A stretch of 64,000 nucleotides of DNA from Angustibacter luteus. Lineage in GTDB: Bacteria; Actinomycetota; Actinomycetes; Actinomycetales; Angustibacteraceae. Below, in pieces: positions 43,818 through 53,218 of this stretch. Position numbers and translations under genes: made by a program. Location of the stretch: positions 1,054,001 through 1,118,000 of the forward strand of contig NZ_BAABFP010000002.1 in assembly GCF_039541115.1 (NCBI RefSeq), read 5' to 3'. A model generated the notes under the pieces. The model was not told the origin of the DNA. It made no database searches and saw only the letters and a program-made list of their open reading frames with translations. Positions within the stretch are counted from its first letter, which is position 1. Every line of letters starts with the position of its first letter.

Positions 43818-44087
43818 TTAGTCCTGCCCTGAATGCAGCGCGCGGGGAGTGCCCGGCTCACTGGGGGCCTCAAGCGGGTCCGCCTTCGGACGCCGGTCGA
43901 GGTGGCGCTGCAGCACGTAGCCCGTGATGCCGGACACGACAAAGACCGCCAGCACCATGGGGGCCAACGTCAGCCACCCCAGCCCTGTGACGTAGCGAAG
44001 CAGTCCGCACAGCACTCCCGCCAGCAGCAGTGCCAGGAGCGGCCGCGTCACGCGGCCGTCAGGCCGGGCGTCCTTCGAACCAGGCAC
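43818..44087 (-). CDS. Small hypothetical two-TM protein
   Basis: GAGGAGG SD before GTG 44087; two hydrophobic segments. Confidence 0.5.
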   Translation of the reverse strand: MPGSKDARPDGRVTRPLLALLLAGVLCGLLRYVTGLGWLTLAPMVLAVFVVSGITGYVLQRHLDRRPKADPLEAPSEPGTPRALHSGQD

Positions 44088-44479
44088 GGGTCCTCCTCGA
44101 TCGGGGCTCGCCAAGGGGCACGCTCCACCGACGCAACGCTAGGCGGCGGCGCCGTGGCACACCGGCCATTCGCCCTCAGGTCACCCAAGTGCCCGTGCGG
44201 ATTCCTGCCCCGCACACGTTCCGTCACATCGCCCGGTGGTGGAGATGTCGGCCGAGCATGACGTGGCACCGGTCACGCGGCGGATCCGGTCGTTCAGCCG
44301 CGCTCACGACCAGGCAGCGGTGCGCCATCGAGGACATCGTTGTCCACGTCGAGGACGTCGTCGCCGTCCGGCCAGGCGTCAGCCGATGGGTAAGGTCACC
44401 GCCCTACGGTGTCACTCTTGCGGCTCAAACCAGGCGGCACGATCGCTGTGATGCCTCAGCGGGATGCCAGTCTCTGGTT

Positions 44480-45025
44480 ATGCGTGACGCAATGCCAGAC
44501 GAACCCGAGATGGTGGACCCGCACACCGGGCTAGCCAACCGGCGAGCCTTGGATGCGGTCCTGTCGCGACTTGAGACCGAGCAATCGGGTGCAGGACTGG
44601 CATACGCCTTCGTGGACGTCGATCATCTCAAATTGGTTAACGATGAATATGGTCCCGACGTGGGCGACCAGGCACTGAGTGCCATCGCTCAACGCATCCG
44701 CAGCCAACTGCGAGCCGGGGACTTCGCGTGTCGGTATGGCGGTGAAGAGTTCCTGATCATTCTCGACAACGTTGAGGACGTTTCCCAGGTGCGCGACGTC
44801 CTGGAGCTCATGTGCACCGCGGTAGCGCTGCCGATCCGCTACCGAGACAGCCAGCGGGCAAGCACCGGCGAGGACTCGTTGAGCTTGTCGGTGACAGTGA
44901 GCATCGGCGCAACGCTCGCCGATCGCGCGGAGCCGGCCAGCGATGCCCTGATGCGAGCGGGCAGGGCCATGTACGCGACTGCAGGGACAGGTGGAAACTG
45001 CGTCCGGCTGTACCTGCCCGAGTAG
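44480..45025 (+). CDS. Stand-alone GGDEF domain protein
   Basis: DPHTGLANRR, DVDHLKLVND, RAGD I-site, GGEEF; start uncertain. Confidence 0.85.
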   Translation: MRDAMPDEPEMVDPHTGLANRRALDAVLSRLETEQSGAGLAYAFVDVDHLKLVNDEYGPDVGDQALSAIAQRIRSQLRAGDFACRYGGEEFLIILDNVEDVSQVRDVLELMCTAVALPIRYRDSQRASTGEDSLSLSVTVSIGATLADRAEPASDALMRAGRAMYATAGTGGNCVRLYLPE

Positions 45026-45256
45026 CTGTTGCGCGTCGGTCCCTCAGCCGTCGCTGCCACCCTCAGCGCGGCAGATCCCGGGCAGGTGTAGCCGCCTTCA
45101 ACGCGGCATGTCCGGAGGCCCGGCTCATGCGGGTGCAGGTTGCCGGCCACGCGCTATCGCCTCATTAGGCTTGCCCTCATACGGACATGGCTGGCGCCTC
45201 GACGCGCGAACGAGGCGGTCCTGCCGCCTGTCCGACCTGGCCGGGAGGTGCAGGCG

Positions 45257-45424
45257 ATGACCGATGAACCGTTCGACACGGAGGTTGCCGAACCCGAGGA
45301 CCCCCAACTGCTGGCCACGCTGCGGCACAGAGTTCAGCGCGCCGTGATCCTGTGCCTGCTGGTGACCATCGTCCCGATCGTGCTCGCCGTCGTGCTCACC
45401 TGGGGCGAGCCCAATGTCGGTTAG
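45257..45424 (+). CDS. Small single-TM hypothetical protein
   Basis: GGGAGG SD; hydrophobic AVILCLLVTIVPIVLAVVLTW. Confidence 0.45.
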   Translation: MTDEPFDTEVAEPEDPQLLATLRHRVQRAVILCLLVTIVPIVLAVVLTWGEPNVG

Positions 45425-45704
45425 ACGACGGGACAAATTCCACCGGGCGTGGAACAACTGGTGGAACCCGCAAAGCGGCACCCGCAGGGAGAGGCTGCGC
45501 ACCTGGCGAAGGGAGTTCTGGGGCAAGGACGGTTTGGTGGCCATGTACAAGTACGTGGCCAGGCGCAACCTCTCGGGTCCTGGTGACGAGACGCAAGAGG
45601 TGGGTTTGAGGGCGCAGCTGTTCATGTTCCGGTTCGTGACCCTGAGCATCCTGGTCACGTACGCCATCGTGGGGCTGTACTTCCTCTCGCCAGGTGCTCG
45701 GTAG
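45414..45704 (+). CDS. Small hypothetical protein with C-terminal TM
   Basis: Overlaps the previous ORF by 11 nt; C-terminal hydrophobic helix. Confidence 0.4.
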   Translation: MSVRRRDKFHRAWNNWWNPQSGTRRERLRTWRREFWGKDGLVAMYKYVARRNLSGPGDETQEVGLRAQLFMFRFVTLSILVTYAIVGLYFLSPGAR

Positions 45705-45773
45705 CTGGCCGCGAGCGCCGAACCGCGGTCATCCTCGATCTGACTGGGTCGCTCTCGATCCAGGAGCGGTGCT

Positions 45774-45944
45774 TCAGAGGCGGCTAGCGTGATGGTTCTC
45801 GCGCGCGAGGGCTGAGCCCGCAGCGCCCGTCACGTCATCCTCGATGACGGGCCTTGAGTGTGCCAAGAGGTACACAGCAATCCCCACGAGCACCAGGAGC
45901 ACGAGCGCCATCACTGGGCCAACCTTGCCCCGATACCTCGTCAC
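45774..45944 (-). CDS. Small membrane or secreted protein (56 aa, not in the ORF track)
   Basis: GAGGGAGG SD, GTG; hand translation MTRYRGKVGPVMALVLLVLVGIAVYLLAHSRPVIEDD... Confidence 0.45.
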   Translation of the reverse strand: MTRYRGKVGPVMALVLLVLVGIAVYLLAHSRPVIEDDVTGAAGSALARENHHASRL

Positions 45945-46030
45945 AGGCGCCTCCCTCGGACCTCTCGCGGAAGGCTAAAGCATGGTGGCCCGCTGAGCGT
46001 CGATTGTCCAAGACGCGGGGCTGATCCGAA

Positions 46031-46230
46031 GTCACGCCGTCCGCCGGGCATCCGAGCGTCGGCAGGACCGCTCACGCTCGGCGGCGTGACCGCTCGGTGA
46101 GATGACGAAGAAGGGGCACTCCAGTCGTCCGAGGTGCCCCATCTCTGTCACCTCAGCGTGGGTTCGGGATGACGGCGGCGAGATCAGAGAAGTGGGGCGT
46201 GGCGCCGACTTCAAGTGCCCCACTTCTCTG
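46031..46230. repeat. Cluster of three hairpins (REP-like or structured RNA)
   Basis: GTCACGCCG/CGGCGTGAC; GGGGCAC/GTGCCCC with extended arms; perfect 14-bp CAGAGAAGTGGGGC/GCCCCACTTCTCTG. Confidence 0.6.
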
Positions 46231-46276
46231 GCTTCGACGGGCCGCACTCACCTCGGGAATTCCGGTCGCACGCCGG

Positions 46277-46642
46277 TTAGGCCCGATGCTGATCTCGTGC
46301 GCAGGTGATGCAGAGGCGAGCGGTTGGTCGCGCAGCGAGACGGTCAGCGCCGATCGGCTGGCCGCAACGCTCGCAGACGTCGTCCGCACCCTCAGCGAGG
46401 CGCTCGAGCGCGGCGTCGATCTCGGACAGCCGGCCGCGGGCGGCGTCCAGGACCGCGGCGAGCTGGGCCCGCTCGAAGGCGATGGTCGACCCCTCGGGGT
46501 CGTGCTCGTCGTCCGCGTTGGACGACTCTGAGGCCGCGACCACCCGGGCCATCTCGACGCTCAGCTGCTCGACCTGCTCGCCGGTGCGCTCGCGCTCGGC
46601 CGCGAGCACGGCTGACCGGTCCGGCTCAGGAGACCCCGGCAT
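46277..46642 (-). CDS. TraR/DksA C4-type zinc finger protein
   Basis: Coiled coil with ADDEHDPEG tip; CERC...CITC. Confidence 0.88.
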   Translation of the reverse strand: MPGSPEPDRSAVLAAERERTGEQVEQLSVEMARVVAASESSNADDEHDPEGSTIAFERAQLAAVLDAARGRLSEIDAALERLAEGADDVCERCGQPIGADRLAARPTARLCITCARDQHRA

Positions 46643-47612
46643 AGCTGTGGAAGCCGACGAAGAAGATGTTCACCACGAGGAAGTTGAACAGCAGGCAGCC
46701 GAAGCCGACGATGGCGATCCGGGCTGCCTTGCGTCCCTGCCAGCCGCGGGTGGCGCGGGCGTGCAGGTAGCCGGCGTAGACCACCCAGATGACGAAGGTC
46801 CACACCTCCTTGGGGTCCCAGCTCCAGTAGGCGCCCCAGGCGTTCTCGGCCCAGATCGCGCCGGCGACGAGCGTGAACGTCCACAGCGGGAAGGCGATCG
46901 CGTGCAGCCGGTACGAGCTCAGGTCGAGCTCGCGGGCCTTGGGCAGCGCGTCCATGAAGGAGCGGCCCACCGGCTCGCCCGCCGCCCGCCTGGACTCGCG
47001 CCGGTCCTGCGCCAGGTAGAGCACCGTGAGCGAGAAGGCGAGCGTGAGCAGCGCGGAGGCGATGAACGCGACGCTGACGTGGATGGCCAGCCAGTAGCTC
47101 TTCAGCGACGGGACGACCTGGGCTGCCTTGGTGTACAGCACGACCACGGCCAGGCCGAGGGTGAGCAGCACCGGCCCGACGACGAAGGCGCCGAGGTAGC
47201 GCAGGTCGCGCCAGCGCAGGGCCAGCACGTAGACCAGGGTCACCACGGCCGCGCCGGCCACCGAGAACTCGAACATGTTGCTCCACGGCGGCCGGTGCAC
47301 GGCCACCCCGCGGAACGCGACAGCCGCGATGTGCAGCAACAGGGCCAGGATCGTCAGGGACGTGCCGATTGCGGCCGCCTGGCGCCGCTCGGGCACCGGC
47401 GCCGCGGGAACCTCCGGGACGGACGACGACCCGCCGGCTGACACGGTCGCCAGCTCGCGCTGGTCGGCCCGGGCCGCGTCGCGGATCCGCTCGGCGCGCG
47501 CCGCCCCGCCGGCCAGATCCATCGTGTACGCGATGAAGGCGCACGCGTAGGCGGCCATCGCGCCGTACAGCAGCAGGTTGGCCTGGTTGGCCAGGGTCTC
47601 GTTGACGCTCAC
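46626..47612 (-). CDS. ccsB: Cytochrome c biogenesis protein CcsB/ResC
   Basis: WLAIHV, GAIWAENAWGAYWSWDPKE (WWD domain), HSY. Confidence 0.95.
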   Translation of the reverse strand: MSVNETLANQANLLLYGAMAAYACAFIAYTMDLAGGAARAERIRDAARADQRELATVSAGGSSSVPEVPAAPVPERRQAAAIGTSLTILALLLHIAAVAFRGVAVHRPPWSNMFEFSVAGAAVVTLVYVLALRWRDLRYLGAFVVGPVLLTLGLAVVVLYTKAAQVVPSLKSYWLAIHVSVAFIASALLTLAFSLTVLYLAQDRRESRRAAGEPVGRSFMDALPKARELDLSSYRLHAIAFPLWTFTLVAGAIWAENAWGAYWSWDPKEVWTFVIWVVYAGYLHARATRGWQGRKAARIAIVGFGCLLFNFLVVNIFFVGFHSYAGVS

Positions 47613-49213
47613 GCGTCCCTCCTCGTCGCCGCTGCGGGGTCGAGCTGGTCCAGCAACCGTGCCAGCTCGTCGTCCAGCCCGGTGTCCTCACCCCGCGAGA
47701 GGCCACCGACCTCGACCAGCGTACGGCCCTCGCCGTCCGCCCGCCTCACCCGGACGAACACCCGCCGGCGGGGCACGAACAGCGACAGCGCCAGGCCGAG
47801 CATCGCGGCGATGGCCGCGCCGAGCGCCCAGACCTTGCCGGGGTCGTGCCGGATCGACAGGCCCGCGAAGCGCTCCACCCGTTCGAAGGTGACGGAGCCC
47901 TTGCCGTCCGGCAGCTGCACCGTCTCGCCGGGCCGAAGCAGCGCGCGGAACGTGTCGCCGTCCGCGGTCTTCAGCGCCTTCATCCCCTGCACGTCGAGCG
48001 TGTAGACCGACTGCGCCGTCCCGGCGCTGAGGCCGAGGTCGCCCTCCATGACGGTGAACAGCAGGGCCGGGTCGATCGCGTCCGGGAAGACCGAGCGCGG
48101 CATGCCGTCGACCGTCGCCACCGTGGGCAGGAACTGGCCGATCAGGCCGAGCTGCTTCGGCTCGGCGCCGGGCGCCTTCACGACCCCCGTCGAGGTGTAG
48201 TTGCCGTCCTGCGGCAGGAACGGCGTCGCGTCGGAGTAGACCACCTGGCCGGTGCTGTCGCGCATGGTGATCACCGGGGCGTACCCGTTGCCCAGCAGGA
48301 AGACCGACGCGCCACCGATGTGCAACGGGTGGTTCACCCGGATCGTGCTGGCCTCGGCCTTCGCGTCGGGGTCGCTGCGCGAGGTCACGCTGGCCTGGAA
48401 CTCCCGCGGCGCCCCGCGCTGCGTCGCCTGCTTCTCGAACAGCACCTTCATCGACTTCACGTCGATCGAGAACGGTGGCAGGGCCTCCGAGTTCACCCAC
48501 GGGCCGGGGTCGATCGTGTCGTACGAGCTCACGGTGTTGCTGAACGTCGTGCCGACCGGCACGATCACGTCCCCGCGCCAGCCGAACAGGTGCCCAAACG
48601 CGACGGCTACGAGCAGCACCACCAGCGAGAGGTGGAAGAGCAGGTTGCCGCTCTCGCGCAGGTAGCCGCGCTCGGCGCTGACCGCGTCGTCGGTGACCTG
48701 GACCCGGAACCGCCTGCCCCGCAACGCCTTTCGCGCGGCGTCGAGGACGACGTCCGGCTCCTGGTCGAGCTCGGCGGTGCGATGGGCGGGAAGCCGGTCC
48801 AGCCGAGCCGGGGTGCGCGGCGGCTGCGCCCGCAACGCCTTCAGGTGCACCTTCGTCCGCGGCAGCACGCAGCCGACCAGGGAGATGAACAGCAGCAGGT
48901 AGATGGCCGAGAACCAGACGGAGGCGAAGACGTCGAACCCGCCGACCCGATCGATCCACGGCCCGGACGTCGGGTGCGCCTGAAGGTACGCCGTGACCTT
49001 CCCGGCATCGATCCCCCGTTGCGGCAGAACCGAACCCGGCACCGCGGCGACCGCGAGCAGCAGCAGCAGGAACAGCGCCGTACGCATGCTCGTCAGCTGG
49101 CGCCAGACGAAGCGCAGCGACCCCAGGACGCCCAGTCGCGGCTGGGTCGGGCCGGCAGGCTTCTTGGCGCGTTCCTGGGTCGGCTCGTCCGTCGACTCGT
49201 CGGTGGTGGTCAC
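47609..49213 (-). CDS. resB: Cytochrome c biogenesis protein ResB
   Basis: QLTSMRTAL, SLVGC, GNLLFH, RVNHPL. Confidence 0.93.
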   Translation of the reverse strand: MTTTDESTDEPTQERAKKPAGPTQPRLGVLGSLRFVWRQLTSMRTALFLLLLLAVAAVPGSVLPQRGIDAGKVTAYLQAHPTSGPWIDRVGGFDVFASVWFSAIYLLLFISLVGCVLPRTKVHLKALRAQPPRTPARLDRLPAHRTAELDQEPDVVLDAARKALRGRRFRVQVTDDAVSAERGYLRESGNLLFHLSLVVLLVAVAFGHLFGWRGDVIVPVGTTFSNTVSSYDTIDPGPWVNSEALPPFSIDVKSMKVLFEKQATQRGAPREFQASVTSRSDPDAKAEASTIRVNHPLHIGGASVFLLGNGYAPVITMRDSTGQVVYSDATPFLPQDGNYTSTGVVKAPGAEPKQLGLIGQFLPTVATVDGMPRSVFPDAIDPALLFTVMEGDLGLSAGTAQSVYTLDVQGMKALKTADGDTFRALLRPGETVQLPDGKGSVTFERVERFAGLSIRHDPGKVWALGAAIAAMLGLALSLFVPRRRVFVRVRRADGEGRTLVEVGGLSRGEDTGLDDELARLLDQLDPAAATRRDA

Positions 49214-49947
49214 ACCGGCACCTCGAAGCTGAGGATCTGGTTCGACAGCCGGGACATCAGGTCGCCCCAGACGCCCGTCACCATGAGCACGCCGATGACG
49301 ACGAGCAGCGTGCCGCCGGCCAGCTGCAGCTGGCGCTGGTGGCGGCGCATCCAGCCCAGGCTCGTGGCGGCCCGGGAGTAGCCCAGCGCGACCAGGACGA
49401 ACGGGATGCCCAGGCCCAGGCTGTAGGCCACGGCGAGCGCGACGCCGCGGGCCGCACCACCGCCCTCACCGGTGGCGAGCGCGATCACGGCGGCCAGCGT
49501 CGGGCTGGTGCACGGCGTCCAGCCGATCGCGAAGATCGCGCCCAGCACCGGTGCGCCGACCAGTCCGGCCGTCGGCCGCCACGACGGCTTGGCCATCCGC
49601 CCGCTGCCGGGCAGCACCCCGATGAACAGCAACCCCAGCGCGATCACGACGACGCCGAGCACCCGCAGCAGCGCGTCCTGGTGGCCGATGAGCTGCTGGG
49701 CGAGCAGGCTGAACGTCACGGTCATGATGACGAAGACGACCGTGAACCCGGCCACGAACAGCGCGGCGCCAGTGACCATCCGGCTGCGTCGACGCTGCTC
49801 CAGCGACGGCCCACCCAGGCCCGTGACGTAGCCGAGGTAGCCCGGCACCAATGGCAGCACGCAGGGCGAGGCGAACGAGACCAGGCCGGCCAGCGCCGCG
49901 ACCAGCAGCGCCACCGGCATCGACCCCGAGCTCACCAGGTCGCTCAC
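49210..49947 (-). CDS. ccdA: Cytochrome c biogenesis protein CcdA
   Basis: SFASPCVLPLVPGY, GWTPC. Confidence 0.94.
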   Translation of the reverse strand: MSDLVSSGSMPVALLVAALAGLVSFASPCVLPLVPGYLGYVTGLGGPSLEQRRRSRMVTGAALFVAGFTVVFVIMTVTFSLLAQQLIGHQDALLRVLGVVVIALGLLFIGVLPGSGRMAKPSWRPTAGLVGAPVLGAIFAIGWTPCTSPTLAAVIALATGEGGGAARGVALAVAYSLGLGIPFVLVALGYSRAATSLGWMRRHQRQLQLAGGTLLVVIGVLMVTGVWGDLMSRLSNQILSFEVPV

Positions 49948-49957
49948 GCGGCGCCCC

Positions 49958-50545
49958 TCATGCGGGCTGCTCGTCCAGGACGTCCTGCACCATGTCGCGC
50001 AGGACGGATCCGGTGACCTCGCCCGAGATCCGCCCGGCGAGCCGGCCCTCGCGGTCCAGCACCAGGGTCGTCGGGGTGGCGTTCGCCTTGCCCTTCATCT
50101 GCAGCAGGACGCCGCCGCCGTCCCAGGCCAGGGACGGGTAGCTGATCTTCATGCGCCGCTGGAACGCCAACCCGGTGGCCGCCGACTCGCGGATGTCCAC
50201 CCCGAGGAACTGCACGTCCTCGCCGGCCAGCTCCTGCGACGTCTTCTCCAGACCCGGCGCCTCGGCGTTGCACGGCGGGCACCACGAGCCCCACTTGTTC
50301 AGCACGACGACCTTGCCGAGGTAGGTCGACGAGTCGATCGCCTTGCCCTCCAACGTCTTGCCCTGCACCCGGATCTTCGTGCTGCGATCGGTCGGCGCGA
50401 TCTGCTCGACCGTGCCGTCGCCCGCTACGTAGCCCTTGCCGTCCCCCGCATTCGCCTGTGCGGCAACGGAGTTGGGGTCGTCACTGCACGCGCTGGTCAA
50501 CGCGACCGCGGCCAGCACGATGCCAGCGAGGGCCAGGCGACGCAT
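49958..50545 (-). CDS. TlpA/ResA-like thiol-disulfide oxidoreductase lipoprotein
   Basis: Lipobox TSAC, WGSWCPPC. Confidence 0.9.
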   Translation of the reverse strand: MRRLALAGIVLAAVALTSACSDDPNSVAAQANAGDGKGYVAGDGTVEQIAPTDRSTKIRVQGKTLEGKAIDSSTYLGKVVVLNKWGSWCPPCNAEAPGLEKTSQELAGEDVQFLGVDIRESAATGLAFQRRMKISYPSLAWDGGGVLLQMKGKANATPTTLVLDREGRLAGRISGEVTGSVLRDMVQDVLDEQPA

Positions 50546-51186
50546 CAGGCACCCACGACCTTGCTCGCGCCGGGCAGCAGGCTGGCCGCCGGCTCGCTGA
50601 AGTCGATCGCCACGAGCCGGTCGTCGTCGTAGGTCAGCGAGGTGAGCGAGGCCAGGCTGCACTGGCGCTTGCGCGGGTCGTGCCACAGCCGGCGGTCCTC
50701 CAGCTTGAGCCGGGCGATCCACACCGGGGACTGGTGCGAGACCAGCACGGCCTCGTGCCCGGCTGCCTGGTCACGGGCCAGCTCGACCGCCGCGACCATG
50801 CGGGCCGCGATCTGCTCGTACGGCTCACCCCAGGACGGGCGGAACGGGTTGACCATCTTCGGCCAGTGCGAGGGGTGGCGCAGCGAGCCGTCGCCGATGC
50901 CGAACGTCAGGCCCTCGAAGTGGTTGCCCGCCTCGATCAGGCGGACGTCCAGCCGGACGTCCACCTCGTGCGCCGCCGCGATCGGCGCCGCCGTCTCCTG
51001 CGCCCGCTCCAGCGGCGAGGAGACCACCGTCGTGACGTCGTGGTCCTTCAGGTGGGCCGCGACGAGGTCGGCCATCCGGCGTCCACGGTCGGACAGGTGG
51101 TACCCGGGCAGGCGCCCGTAGAGCACCCCCTCGGGGTTGTGCACCTCACCGTGCCGCAGGAGGTGGACGACGGTGCGCTGGCTCAC
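50545..51186 (-). CDS. Histidine phosphatase family protein
   Basis: [19 protein letters not shown]. Confidence 0.92.
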   Translation of the reverse strand: MSQRTVVHLLRHGEVHNPEGVLYGRLPGYHLSDRGRRMADLVAAHLKDHDVTTVVSSPLERAQETAAPIAAAHEVDVRLDVRLIEAGNHFEGLTFGIGDGSLRHPSHWPKMVNPFRPSWGEPYEQIAARMVAAVELARDQAAGHEAVLVSHQSPVWIARLKLEDRRLWHDPRKRQCSLASLTSLTYDDDRLVAIDFSEPAASLLPGASKVVGA

Positions 51187-52535
51187 CCGGGGGTCCCTTC
51201 GGTGGTCGGTACGGACGCTTCGGCGGCGGCGCGGGCGGCCACCGGCAGCGCCGCGAGGACGCGCTCGACGGCGGCGTCGTCGTGCGCGGCCGAGACGAAC
51301 CACGCCTCGAACGCGCTCGGCGGCAGGTGCACGCCCTCACGCAGCATGGCGTGGAAGAAGCCGCGGAACGCGTCGGCGTCCTGGGTGCGCGCGGCCTCGT
51401 AGTCGCGCACCGGCTGGTCGGTGAAGAAGACGCTGAACATGCTGCCCGCGTGCTGCACGACGTGCGGCACCCCGGCCTCGTCGAGCGCCTTCGACGCGTG
51501 CCCGGCGATCGTGTCGGCCACCACCTGGATCCGGTCGTAGACGTCGTCCGTGCAGGCCTGCAGGGTGGCCAGGCCCGCGGCGGTCGCGATCGGGTTTCCG
51601 GACAGCGTGCCCGCCTGGTACACGGGCCCGGACGGCGCGAGCTGGGCCATCAGGTCCGCGCGGCCGCCGAAGGCCGCGGCCGGGAAGCCGCCGCCCATCA
51701 CCTTGCCGAACGTGAACAGGTCCGGCGCACCCCCGTCGTACGGGCCTTCGAGTCCGTACCAACCCGAGCGCGAGCAGCGGAAGCCCGTCATCACCTCGTC
51801 GCTGACCAGCAGCGCGCCGTGCGCGGCGGTGACCCGGCGCAGGGCCGCGGTGAACCCTGGCTCCGGCGGGACGACGCCCATGTTGCCGGGCGCGGCCTCG
51901 GTGATGACGCAGGCGATCTGGTCGCCGTGCTCGGCGAAGACGGCCTCCAGCGCGGGCACGTCGTTGTAGGGGACGACGAGGGTGTCGGCCGCAGAGGCGC
52001 CGGTGACGCCCGGGCTGTCCGGCAGGGCGAAGGTGGCCAGGCCGCTGCCGGCCGAGGCGAGCAGCGCATCGACGTGGCCGTGGTAGCAGCCGGAGAACTT
52101 CACGATCTTGGACCGGCCGGTGGCGCCGCGGGCGAGACGGATCGCGCTCATCGTGGCCTCGGTGCCGCTGCTGACCAAGCGCACCTGCTCGACCGGCTCG
52201 ACGCGGGCCACGATCTCCTCGGCGAGCAGCACCTCGTTCTCGCTCGGGGTGCCGAAGCTGAAGCCGTGCTCGGCGGCCGACCGGACGGCGTCCAGCACGC
52301 GCGGGTCGGCGTGACCGAGGATCATCGGTCCCCACGAGCAGACGAGGTCGACGTACTCACGCCCGTCCGCGTCGTACAGGTAGGGGCCTTTCGCGCGGGC
52401 GGTGAAGCGCGGCGTCCCGCCGACGGCGCGGAACGCGCGCACCGGCGAGTTGACCCCGCCGGGGGTGACGCGCAGCGCGCGCTCGAACAGCGCGGCGCTG
52501 GCGGGGGCCTCGTCCGGGTAGGTCACGGGCGCCAT
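51183..52535 (-). CDS. hemL: Glutamate-1-semialdehyde 2,1-aminomutase
   Basis: [33 protein letters not shown]; the true start may be GTG 52526. Confidence 0.96.
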   Translation of the reverse strand: MAPVTYPDEAPASAALFERALRVTPGGVNSPVRAFRAVGGTPRFTARAKGPYLYDADGREYVDLVCSWGPMILGHADPRVLDAVRSAAEHGFSFGTPSENEVLLAEEIVARVEPVEQVRLVSSGTEATMSAIRLARGATGRSKIVKFSGCYHGHVDALLASAGSGLATFALPDSPGVTGASAADTLVVPYNDVPALEAVFAEHGDQIACVITEAAPGNMGVVPPEPGFTAALRRVTAAHGALLVSDEVMTGFRCSRSGWYGLEGPYDGGAPDLFTFGKVMGGGFPAAAFGGRADLMAQLAPSGPVYQAGTLSGNPIATAAGLATLQACTDDVYDRIQVVADTIAGHASKALDEAGVPHVVQHAGSMFSVFFTDQPVRDYEAARTQDADAFRGFFHAMLREGVHLPPSAFEAWFVSAAHDDAAVERVLAALPVAARAAAEASVPTTEGTPG

Positions 52536-52616
52536 TGTCGCAAGGCTTCCTGAGCGGCGGGTCACCGCGCCCCGCCCGGCGTGACGCACGTCTCGAACCG
52601 GACGTCAGATCTGGGT

Positions 52617-52746
52617 NNNNNNNNNNNNNNNNNNNNNNNNNNNNNNNNNNNNNNNNNNNNNNNNNNNNNNNNNNNNNNNNNNNNNNNNNNNNNNNNNNNN
52701 NNNNNNNNNNNNNNNNNNNNNNNNNNNNNNNNNNNNNNNNNNNNNN
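52617..52746. other. Assembly gap (130 N)
   Basis: Run of N bases. Confidence 1.
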
Positions 52747-53105
52747 ACCTCGAATCCGCGGTCGGTCAGGACCGCCTCGACGCCGCGCCCGTCGCAGGTG
52801 CTGGCCCGCCGGACGACGAGGCCGTCGCGCTCCAACCGAGAGACGGTGTGGGTGAGCCGGCTGCGTGAGCTGACCACGTGCTTGGCCAGGTCCGACATGC
52901 GCAGCACCCGGCTCGGGGACTCCGACAGCCGGACGAGGATCTCGTACTCGGGGTGGCTCAGGCCGTGGCACTCCAGACCGCGGCGCAGCTCCTCGTCGAG
53001 CAGCCGGCCGGCCCGCAGGTAGGACCGCCAGGCCTGCTGCTCCTCGGCGTCCAACCATCGTGTGGTCGGCTCGGCGGCCGTGCGGGGTCCGGTGCTCGTG
53101 CTCAT
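52747..53105 (-). CDS. MarR family regulator (RosR-like), 3' end in the gap
   Basis: WLDAEEQQAWR, EYEILVRLSE, SRSRLTHTVSRLE, CDGRG. Confidence 0.88.
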
Positions 53106-53126
53106 GATGTGATACTACCTGGTGAA

Positions 53127-53175
53127 AAGTTGAACTGTAAACGAAATAGATCTATGGTGGTTGAAGTTACAACCA
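53127..53175. promoter_or_regulatory. Two putative MarR operators
   Basis: AAGTTGAACTGTAAACGA (53127-53144) and TGGTTGAAGTTACAACCA (53158-53175) in an AT-rich divergent spacer. Confidence 0.65.
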
Positions 53176-53218
53176 CCGCAGGACCCCACAGACATCGACA
53201 GGAAATCAGGGAGCGTCA

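Noticed and set aside
43746..46276. Prophage, IS or integron cassette array
   Set aside because: No integrase or transposase, no terminal or target repeats, no repeated attC-like sites between the ORFs
52581..52868. ORFs spanning the N run
   Set aside because: Artefacts of translating through an assembly gap
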